A DNA stretch of 64,000 bases. Origin: Candidatus Eiseniibacteriota bacterium. Its GTDB lineage: Bacteria; Eisenbacteria; RBG-16-71-46; CAVPCR01. The stretch is from contig CAWGMA010000003.1 in NCBI GenBank assembly GCA_963823555.1, positions 149,970 to 213,969 of the forward strand, in the 5' to 3' direction. The translations under genes and the position numbers were made by a program. Positions 12,097 to 20,800 of this stretch are shown here, in pieces; position 1 is the stretch's first letter, and each line of letters begins with the position of its first letter. The notes under the pieces were generated by a model, which did not search any database, was not told where the DNA came from, and saw nothing but the letters and a program-made list of their open reading frames with translations.

Positions 12097-14397
12097 CTAG
12101 CCCTTGACGCCCGACCTCTTCTTCTCCTCCCGTTCCCGGAGCAAGTTCAAGGCCGACCCGGCGCGGAACCAGGTCAGTTGCTCGCGGCTCAGCGTGTGCC
12201 CGAGCTCGATCGTCTCCCGAGTGCCGTCGGTGTGGTGGAGGACCGCCGATACCTTCTTCCCGGGAGCGAGACCGTCCAGGTCGAGAATGGTGATGCGATC
12301 GTCCTCGTGCACCCGGTCGTAGTCCGCCGAGTTGACGAAGGTGAGCGGCAGGATCCCCTGCTTCTTGAGGTTGGTCTCGTGGATGCGGGCGAAGCTGCGC
12401 GCGATGATCGCCGCCGCACCCAGGTGCCGGGGCGACATGGCCGCGTGCTCACGGCTCGATCCTTCGCCGTAGTTCTCGTCGCCGACCACCACCCACATGA
12501 GACCCGAGGCCTTGTAGCGCCGCGCGACGTCGGGTACCGGCCGGCCGCGCTCCTGGCTGGCCAGGTCCATGGTCGTCCCGCGCTCCCCCGTGAAGGCATT
12601 GGTGGCGCCGGTGAACATGTTGTCGCTGATGGCATCGAGATGGCCGCGGAAGCGGAGCCAGGGTCCGGCCGGTGAGATGTGGTCCGTGGTGGTCTTGCCC
12701 TTCGTCTTCAAGAGCACCGGCATCTCGCGGAAGCGAGCGGGGTCCGGGGCTGAGAACGGGCTGAGTACCGCCAGCCGCTTGCTGGCCCTGTCGATCTGCA
12801 CCGAGACCAGATCAGGGTGGGTTGCCGGTGCCACGTAGCCGCCCGCCGTGGCTGCGAAGCCCGCCGCGGGCAACTCGGGGGCCTTCTTCGGCGGAGCGAG
12901 CTTCCAGGTCTTGCCGTCCGGCGCCGTCAGCGAGTCCGCGAGTGGATTGAAGGAGAGTCTCCCCGCGAGCCCGTAGGCCATGACCACCTCCGGGCTGGCG
13001 ATGAAGGCCATGGTCTCCGGGTTCGCGTCGTTGCGCCCGGGGAAGTTGCGATTGAACGAGGTGATGATCGAGTTGCGCTCGCCCTTCTTCGGCTCCTCCC
13101 GCCGCCACTGCCCGATGCACGGGCCGCAGGCGTTGGCGAGCACCGTGCCGCCGACCGCCTCGATCCTGGCCATGAGCCCATCGCGCTGGATGGTGGCATA
13201 GATCTGATCACTGCCCGGGGTGACCAGGAGCGGCGACGCCGCCCGCTGGCCATGAGCGTGGGCCTGCTCAGCGATGTCGGCGGTGCGGGCGATGTCCTCG
13301 TACGAGGAATTGGTGCAGCTGCCGATGAGCGCCGCCGTCAGCTGATCGGGATAGCCATCCTTGGCGACATCGGCGGCGAGTCGCGACACCGGCCGCGCGA
13401 GATCGGGCGTGTGCGGGCCGACGACATACGGCTCGAGCTTGGAGAGATCGATCTCGACGACGCGCGAGAAGAACTTCTCGGGAGCAGCTTCGACCTCGGG
13501 GTCGGCCGCGAGGAGGTGCTTGTGCTGGCGCGCCAGCTCGGCGAGCTGGGCGCGGTTCGTGGCCCTCAGGTAGGCATCCATTCGATCATCGAAGGGGAAG
13601 ATCGAGGTGGTGGCTCCGAGCTCGGCGCCCATGTTGGTGATCGTGCCCTTGCCCGTGGCACTGATGGCCCGGGCGCCCGGACCAAAGTACTCGACGATCT
13701 TGTTGGTGCCGCCCTTCACCGTGAGCAGGCCGCACAGATGGAGGATGACGTCCTTGGGGGCCGTCCAGCCGGAGAGCTCGCCCGTGAGCTTGACACCGAT
13801 GAGCTCCGGCTCGAGCACTTCCCACGGGAACCCGGCCATCACGTCGACCGCATCGGCCCCACCAACGCCCACGGCGCACATGCCGAGGCCTCCGGCGTTC
13901 GGCGTGTGCGAGTCGGTGCCGATCAAGAGCCCGCCGGGGAAGGCGTAGTGCTCGAGCACGACCTGGTGAATGATCCCGGCCCCGGGTTGCCAGAAGCCGA
14001 TTCCGTACTTGGCCGACACCGAGCGCAGGAACTCGTAGACCTCGCTGTTCTCGCTGAGTGCCATCTTCATGTCGGCGGCGGCTCCAGTGCGCGCCTGGAT
14101 GAGGTGATCGCAGTGCACGGTGGTCGGCACCGCCACCTCGGGAAGTCCCGCCTGCATGAACTGGAGCAAGGCCATCTGCGCGGTCGCGTCCTGCATGGCG
14201 ACCCGATCGGGATAGAGGGCAAGGTAGGCCTTGCCCGGGGCGAGCTCCTGGTGTTCGGGATCGGCGAGATGGGTATAGAGGATCTTCTCCGCGAGCGTGA
14301 GCGGGCGACCGAGCCGGCGACTGATCCTGGGGAAATTCTCCTCCATGCGGGCATAGACACGGCTAACGAATTCAGGCGAGCTCTCGACCACTGGCAT
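12097..14397 (-). CDS. Aconitate hydratase, mitochondrial-type, 766 aa
   Basis: Aconitase swivel and catalytic motifs, including ...VHCDHLIQA...GTDSHTPNAGGLG...CTNSSYED...ANACGPCIGQW...SFNRNFPGRND...GDENYGEGSSREHAA... Confidence 0.92.
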   Translation of the reverse strand: MPVVESSPEFVSRVYARMEENFPRISRRLGRPLTLAEKILYTHLADPEHQELAPGKAYLALYPDRVAMQDATAQMALLQFMQAGLPEVAVPTTVHCDHLIQARTGAAADMKMALSENSEVYEFLRSVSAKYGIGFWQPGAGIIHQVVLEHYAFPGGLLIGTDSHTPNAGGLGMCAVGVGGADAVDVMAGFPWEVLEPELIGVKLTGELSGWTAPKDVILHLCGLLTVKGGTNKIVEYFGPGARAISATGKGTITNMGAELGATTSIFPFDDRMDAYLRATNRAQLAELARQHKHLLAADPEVEAAPEKFFSRVVEIDLSKLEPYVVGPHTPDLARPVSRLAADVAKDGYPDQLTAALIGSCTNSSYEDIARTADIAEQAHAHGQRAASPLLVTPGSDQIYATIQRDGLMARIEAVGGTVLANACGPCIGQWRREEPKKGERNSIITSFNRNFPGRNDANPETMAFIASPEVVMAYGLAGRLSFNPLADSLTAPDGKTWKLAPPKKAPELPAAGFAATAGGYVAPATHPDLVSVQIDRASKRLAVLSPFSAPDPARFREMPVLLKTKGKTTTDHISPAGPWLRFRGHLDAISDNMFTGATNAFTGERGTTMDLASQERGRPVPDVARRYKASGLMWVVVGDENYGEGSSREHAAMSPRHLGAAAIIARSFARIHETNLKKQGILPLTFVNSADYDRVHEDDRITILDLDGLAPGKKVSAVLHHTDGTRETIELGHTLSREQLTWFRAGSALNLLREREEKKRSGVKG

Positions 14398-14611
14398 CGA
14401 CCGACTCCTCGGCTAGGTGACCTGGGTTTCCCCGGATGCGGGATACCCGGCGATGATAGCGCAGATGGGATGGCACCGAAACGCGCTGCAGGACCCGAGG
14501 ATGGGGCTGCGGGGCAGCGCGACCGGTGCTCGCGCCCCTGAGGCCGCCGTTGCCCCATCCGGCCGCGGGGTCTAACATGAATGGCATCTGGAGCCGTTCG
14601 AGGAGGTCCCC

Positions 14612-16777
14612 ATGCGCCGCGCATCGCCGCCGGCCCGCCCTGCAAGCGCCGAATCCCCTCCTGAAGGCGACGCCCACGCCGGGCGAGGAGCCCCTGCGCC
14701 TTCCGCCGCGACGGCTGCGAACGGCGCCGCCGAGGGCGAGCGCGCCCAGGTCTTCAGAGCCCTCGTCGAGAATCTCGACCGCATCTTCTGGGTCATCACC
14801 CCGGACCTGACGCGAATCATCTACGTGAGTCCGGCATGCGAGCGGGTCCTCGGCCGCACCCGGGCGAGCATCTATGCGAATCCCATGTCGTGGATCGAGG
14901 CCATGCACCCGCATGATCGATCTCAGGTCCTCGATGCGATCAATCGCCGCGTACGTGGGCTGCCGGTGCCGGATCACCAGGTATTCCGGGTCACCCGTCC
15001 CGACGGTGGAACCCGCTGGTTGCGCAGCCAGGGGCTCCTGGTGCCCGCTCCCGATGGCGGATGGTGGTACATCGGTGTGGCCGAGGACATCACCGAGCTC
15101 AAGCGCGATGCCGACGCCGAGGGCGAGCGCGCCTCGATGTTCCGCATGATGACCGAGCAGCTGCCAGCGGTCATCTGGACGATGGGGCGGGATCTCGTCT
15201 TCACGTCGAGCAACGGTCGCGGGCTGGTCGCTCTCGGTCGCGTTCCGAACGAGGTCGTCGGGATGACGATCTGGGAATACTTCGGGACCGATGATCCGGA
15301 CTTTCCTCCCATTGCTGCGCATCGCCGGGCCCTGACCGGGGAGAAGGTCTCCTACGATAGCGAGTGGCAGGGACGCACGTTCACGTCCCATCTCGAGTCG
15401 CTGTGCGATCCGGCCGGTCGCGTGGTGGGTGTTCTCGGTCTCGCGCTGGATGTGACCGAGCGCCGCCAGGCCGAGGTCGAGGCCCGGGCCGCCCATGAGG
15501 CGCTCCGGCTGGCGCACGAGAGCTTGCGCCGGGCTCATGACGACCTGGGGCACATCAACGAGGAGCTCGAGAGCCGCATCCTGGAGCGAACGGCCGCGCT
15601 CCAGCTGGCCAACGAGCGGCTCGAGCGGGAGGCGGGTGAACGCCTGCGTGTTGAGGAGTCGCTACGCCGCAGCGTCGAGCTGTACCGTCTTCTGGCCGAG
15701 AACACGAGCGACCTCATCACCCGCCTCGCGGCCGATGGGATCTGCACCTACGTCTCGCCGGCGATCTACGGCATGGCCGGGTATGCGCCGGAAGATCTCC
15801 TGGGTCGCAGCGGCTATGACGTGGTCCATCCTGATGACCTGGAGACGGTGGTGCGGGCCTCGGAGGAGGTGGTGTCCCGCTCGGGCACGGCGACCGTGAT
15901 CTTCCGCTTCCGGATGAAGAGCGGCTCCTACAAATGGGTCGAAGCCATCGGGAAGCGTGTCGAAGCGGCCGCTGGAGAAGCCGGCGAGATGATCATCGTG
16001 GTCCGCGACATCTCCCAGCGGAAGCAGACCGAGGAGCGCGTGGCCCGCCTGCAGCGCGAGCTGGCGCAGGTGGCCCGCCTGTCGACGATCGGGGAGATGG
16101 CGTCTCAGCTGGCCCACGAGCTCAACCAGCCCCTGACCGCCGTGATGAACTACCTCGATGCGGGGCGCCGTCTCCTGCGCCGGGATTGCACCGCCTCCCC
16201 GGAGGCGCTCGCGGCGATGGACGAGGCCGCGGCCGAGGCCCAGCGCGCGGGACACATCCTGCAGCGCGTCAGATCCTTTGCGCGTGGCGGGGAACCCGAG
16301 CGCACCCTGCACGACGTGAACACCCTTGTGAACGAGGTGCTCGAACTGGCGCATGCCGATATTCGCGCGCGCGAGGTGAAGCTCGACCTCGACCTGGCTT
16401 CCGATCTCTCCCTCGTTCGCGTCGATGGCGTGCAGATCCAGCAGGTGATCCTGAACCTGATCCGTAACGGGCTCGACGCCATGGCGGATGGGGACGGGGA
16501 GCGCCGGCTCTCGCTGCGAACGAGGCAATCCGAGAGGTCGGTCGCAGTTGAAGTAGGGGACACCGGGCCAGGCATCCCCGCAGACGTGAGGACTCGGCTC
16601 TTCGAACCCTTCTTCACCATGAAGCCTGGGGGCATGGGGCTCGGGCTCTCGATCAGCCACTCCATCGTCGAGGCCGCCGGCGGCCGCCTGTGGGCCGAGG
16701 AGGGCGAGGGTCCGGGAGCGACCTTCTGCTTCAGCTTGCCGGCCGCGGCCGGCAAGCGATCCCGGGAGGATGCGTGA
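14612..16777 (+). CDS. PAS-domain sensor histidine kinase (FixL-like), 721 aa
   Basis: Three PAS/PAC-like segments followed by an H-box (EMASQLAHELNQPL) and a HATPase domain (DTGPGIP...GGMGLGLSI). A GAGGAGG RBS precedes the start. Confidence 0.9.
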   Translation: MRRASPPARPASAESPPEGDAHAGRGAPAPSAATAANGAAEGERAQVFRALVENLDRIFWVITPDLTRIIYVSPACERVLGRTRASIYANPMSWIEAMHPHDRSQVLDAINRRVRGLPVPDHQVFRVTRPDGGTRWLRSQGLLVPAPDGGWWYIGVAEDITELKRDADAEGERASMFRMMTEQLPAVIWTMGRDLVFTSSNGRGLVALGRVPNEVVGMTIWEYFGTDDPDFPPIAAHRRALTGEKVSYDSEWQGRTFTSHLESLCDPAGRVVGVLGLALDVTERRQAEVEARAAHEALRLAHESLRRAHDDLGHINEELESRILERTAALQLANERLEREAGERLRVEESLRRSVELYRLLAENTSDLITRLAADGICTYVSPAIYGMAGYAPEDLLGRSGYDVVHPDDLETVVRASEEVVSRSGTATVIFRFRMKSGSYKWVEAIGKRVEAAAGEAGEMIIVVRDISQRKQTEERVARLQRELAQVARLSTIGEMASQLAHELNQPLTAVMNYLDAGRRLLRRDCTASPEALAAMDEAAAEAQRAGHILQRVRSFARGGEPERTLHDVNTLVNEVLELAHADIRAREVKLDLDLASDLSLVRVDGVQIQQVILNLIRNGLDAMADGDGERRLSLRTRQSERSVAVEVGDTGPGIPADVRTRLFEPFFTMKPGGMGLGLSISHSIVEAAGGRLWAEEGEGPGATFCFSLPAAAGKRSREDA

Positions 16778-17472
16778 TGTCGGTTGATGCAGTTGATGAA
16801 GCCGTCCCCACCGTGTTCGTGGTCGACGACGATCCGGGCGTGCGCAATTCGTTGCGCCTCCTGCTCGAGACGGTGAATCTCCCGACCGAGACCTTCGCCT
16901 CGGCGCAGGAGTTTCTCGACGCCTGCGACCTCGGGCGACCCGGGTGCCTGGTTCTCGATCTGGCCATGCCGGGGATGAGCGGACTCGAGCTCCAGGAGCG
17001 ATTGAGGGCCGAGCGCTGCATCATTCCCATCATCTTCATCACGGCGCATGGCGAGGTATCCACCGCGGTCCGCGCCATGAAGAAAGGCGCCAAGAACTTC
17101 CTCGAGAAGCCCTTCTGTGGCCAGGCGTTGATCGACATGATCCAGCGCGAGATCGAGGTGAACCGGCAGGAGAGGCTGCAACGGGCCCGGATCCGGGACG
17201 CCGGCGCCCGTCTCGACCTGCTCACCAGGCGCGAGCGGCAGGTACTCGATCTCCTGGTGCGAGGCCTGCCGGTCAAGGCGATCGCCGACGAGCTCGAGAT
17301 GGCCAAGAAGACCTGCGATGTGCATCGTGCGCACATCATGCAGAAGACCGGGGTCAGCTCCGTTCCCGAGCTCGTGCAGCTCCATATCCTCGGATCGCAG
17401 GCCGAGGAGGGCCGCGAGCCGTCAGCCGGTCTGTCAGAGGATTTTCCTGGGCTCCCCTCTGCTAAAGGTTAG
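16777..17472 (+). CDS. Two-component response regulator, FixJ/LuxR (NarL) family
   Basis: REC domain (VFVVDDDPGVRNSL...LVLDLAMPGMSGLEL) followed by a LuxR-type HTH (LTRRERQVLDLLVRGLPVKAIADELEMAKKTCDVHRAHIMQK). Its start overlaps the kinase stop (TGATG). Confidence 0.9.
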   Translation: MSVDAVDEAVPTVFVVDDDPGVRNSLRLLLETVNLPTETFASAQEFLDACDLGRPGCLVLDLAMPGMSGLELQERLRAERCIIPIIFITAHGEVSTAVRAMKKGAKNFLEKPFCGQALIDMIQREIEVNRQERLQRARIRDAGARLDLLTRRERQVLDLLVRGLPVKAIADELEMAKKTCDVHRAHIMQKTGVSSVPELVQLHILGSQAEEGREPSAGLSEDFPGLPSAKG

Positions 17473-17736
17473 ATCGGCTCAAAGTTGTAAGACATTTCCT
17501 TATAACGGCACAGAAAATGACCTATAGCGAGGTCGCAAGGAAAGCTCGATAGTGACTGTGCAGTCTGAGCGTGAGACGTGGCTGTGGCCGTGGTTGCCAC
17601 ATCCCGCTCAGGCCAGGCCCGACTTCCGGGGGATCCCACTGGCCGCAGGTCCACCGGCAAGCCGGGCCTTTTCTTATGGGGGCCTTTCTCGGGGTTCCCG
17701 CTCCCGGCCCTTTCCTCTGCGGGTGCCAGGTCCCGG

Positions 17737-17775
17737 CCGCCCGGACTCCCGAGTCCGGGCGGGGCTCCCGCCCGG
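17737..17775. terminator. Overlapping GC-rich hairpins between convergent genes (likely bidirectional terminator)
   Basis: CCCGGACTC-cc-GAGTCCGGG at 17740-17759 and CCGGGCGGG-gctc-CCGCCCGG at 17755-17775. They lie between the response regulator (plus strand) and the S8 peptidase (minus strand). Confidence 0.5.
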
Positions 17776-17807
17776 CTCCGGTGCTTCAGCTGTCGCCCCG
17801 TCGGGTG

Positions 17808-20800
17808 TTACTGCAGCAACACCATCTTGCGGACAGCCGCCCGGTCCGGCGTGACGAGCTTGTAGAGGTAGATCCCGCTCGCCACCGGCGCACCGCGCTC
17901 GTCCCGTCCGTCCCAGGCCACGACGTGGGTGCCGCCGGCGAGCTGGCCGCTGACCAGGCTGCGAACGGCCCGCCCCGCCACATCGAAGATGGTGAGCGCG
18001 ACCGGCGCTTCCGATTCGAGCGTGAAGCGAATCGTCGTCGCCGGGTTGAATGGATTGGGCGCGTTCTGATCGAGGCCGAAGCGGAACTCGGCGCTTGCCT
18101 CGGAGCCGATACCCGTGGGACCCGCGTTCACGGGAACTCTGAGACTCGCGGCTCCACCCCAGGCCCCACCCTGGTCCTTGGCGCGCACCCACAGGGTCAC
18201 GAAGTCCTCGCCGAAGGTTCCCGCTGGAATCTCCGCCATGACGCCGACCGTGATCGTGCCGAAGTCACCGGTCATGGCCGTGCCGGTGCCGGCCGGGGCG
18301 GGGTTGAGGCCGGCCGACCACTCGGCAGCGAGGATGTTGGAGCCCCCCGTGTTCGCGTCGGTCACGGTGGCCGCGAGGGATGTCGCCTCGCTGGCCCGGA
18401 TGGGCAGCGGATCGACCGCGATCGAGCCCGCCACCACCACCGGTCCGGTCAGATCGCCGCCCGGGAGATGGAGCGTGAGATCTCCGTTCGAGTCATCGCG
18501 CCCGCGGAGAGAGGGCGATCCGTTGTCGGTGATGGCGACTCGGATCCGGTAGCGGGTGCCGTTGGGGAAGCCCGCCGGATTCCAGGAGTAGGGCGGCGGG
18601 CCCGGAGCCGCCGCGACCAGGTTCCACGACTCGCCTCCGTTCGAGCTGACGTGGATGGTCCGCGATGCGACCGTGAATCCGGCGGCCGCCGATTCGGTCC
18701 AGGAGATGGCCACCGGGCCGCTCGTGATCACCTCGCCCCCGTCCGGCCCCGTCACGGTGACATCCGGATGATCGTGGCCGATGAGCCAGATCAGGGTCCG
18801 GTCGAGGATGTCCGCTCGCGCCTCGTCATCGGGGACAACGGCATTCAGATGCGCCCACTCGTAGAAGTTGGTGGAGATCTTCGTCGGCTGCCCACCCCAC
18901 ACGGCACTACCGGGATCACCCGCAGGCATTGCGCCTGTGAAACGAATGGCAATGTCATCGGGAGAGGTGTCGTTGTTCCGCCAGCTGGCCAGCGCGGTGC
19001 CGCCGACCGGGTTGGGGTTGATCTCGTCGCCGGCGGCCCCCGAACGGTGCGGCGTGTAAGGAATGCCTGCGGTGTAGGTGCCGCTGATCGGGTCGCCGGC
19101 GATGCCGAGGACCGAGCTCCAGGTCGCCGGGTCGGCCTGCCAGATGGCCTTGAGCTCGGTCTCGAACCAGGCCTTTCGCGCCGGGGAGTAGTCGGGAGAG
19201 CTCGGTTCCGAGAAATCCCAGGCCACATCGTGGGAGAAGATGGCCCAGCGGGCTCCGCCGGCGTTCAGGGCGGTGAGCGTGTCACGCGCGGCATCGGTGA
19301 TCACCGGGTACTGCTCGAGGCCCGGCTGCCAGACGACGGCCTTGAAGGAGCGCAGTCCGGAATCGAGATTGCCCAGGCGCGGCGGGCTGGCGAGAGCTCC
19401 CTCCCAGATCGCGTGGGCCCACCCGCGGGACGAGAGCGCCGTCTCGTAATAGCCCCTCTTGTCGAAGGAGCTGTCGGTGATGACCACGAGAACATCGCGT
19501 CGCGAATCGGTCGTGAAGCGGTAATGGACTCCCCCCGCGTCGTCGCGCACGCCGTTCCCCTGATGATCCACGGATTCGACGTCGAAGTAATAGGTCTGGT
19601 TCGTTGCGAGCCCGGTGATCGTGACCGCGTGCGTGGTGACCAGGGCCGGCTCGAGCTCGGTCTCGGCGCCGAGGAGCGGCGTCGTCCCGTAGTAGACCCT
19701 CGAGCTCGCGGGCGTTGAGGTGAGCCACGTGATGGTGGCTCCATCCTGGCTCTGGTTGCCGGCGTGCACTGCGGTGATCACAGGACCCAGGAGATTGACC
19801 GTGGCGCGGGCCGCGATTGGATTCGGGTCGAGGTAGGTCACGGTGATCTCGTCGCCATTCGACACCTGGATGCGACCGTCCGCCGCCGGAGCGGCGAGGG
19901 AAATCGGGATCGCGCCGGTGAAGATGCCGTCCCCCCCGTCGAGGCTCACCACTTCCGGCGTCGACTCGGTGGTGGAGCTGACGCTCACGGTCAGCGGCAG
20001 CGCTGCATCCGGGTCGGTGACGCGGATGGCCACCGTGTCCTCGGCGCCGTAGGCGGCCTGATTCAGCTCGACCACGGCGAGGCCGCTCGCCAGCCCACCG
20101 GTGACCACCAGCGCGAAAGGCTGCGGGCCGAAGGGAACGTTCGCGGCCTCCACCCTGAGGATCCACGTGCCCGCGGATGGCAGGTTGCGCTGGACGCACT
20201 CCTCGACGTTGATGGCGTCGGCGGTCCCGCCGGTCGACGACTGGCCGGCGGCATAGAAGTTGCCGCGGTAGACCGCTCCACCCGGCTCGGTGGCGATGAG
20301 GTCGAGGTTGTTGACCAGGTTGATCGCCGCGGCCGGCGTCGAGGGGTAGTCGGTCCAGACCAGGGTCGCCTCGATCGGCTGCGTCGCGTCGGTGACCTCG
20401 ACCGCGAATTCGACATACTCGCCGGTGAGAAGGCCGGTCGTGAAGTCCACGAGCGCCGTCCGCCGGGTGTCACCGGCGAAGTAGAGCACGTTGTCGGTGA
20501 GCACGCGGCCCCAGCCGATGCGATTGGAGGGGATCGAGTAGCCGCTGACCGAATTGTCCCCGGAGTTGACCACCATGGCCTTGAGCAAGGCCGCCGACGG
20601 CGTGAAGCCGTTGGCCGGCACCTTGGCGCCGGTCGGGTACCAGCCCTCGGTCAAGTACTGGCGCATCAGCGCGGCGGCGCCCGCCATGGCCGGCGTCGCC
20701 ATGCTGGTGCCGGAGAGCGAGGCATAGGAGGCGTCCCCGCTGAAGAAGGCGCTCGAGACCGCGACCGCCGGTGCGCAGACGGTCGGCTTCAGTCGGCCGT

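Noticed and set aside
17571-19718. 715-aa plus-strand ORF, together with many other long ORFs antisense to annotated genes (for example 653-1549, 2924-4261, 6626-7693, 19764-21020, 38250-39920, 45059-46918)
   Set aside because: They lie opposite genes with clear homology. They have Arg/Gly/Ala-rich low-complexity translations typical of antisense frames in 70% GC DNA. They have no recognisable domains.
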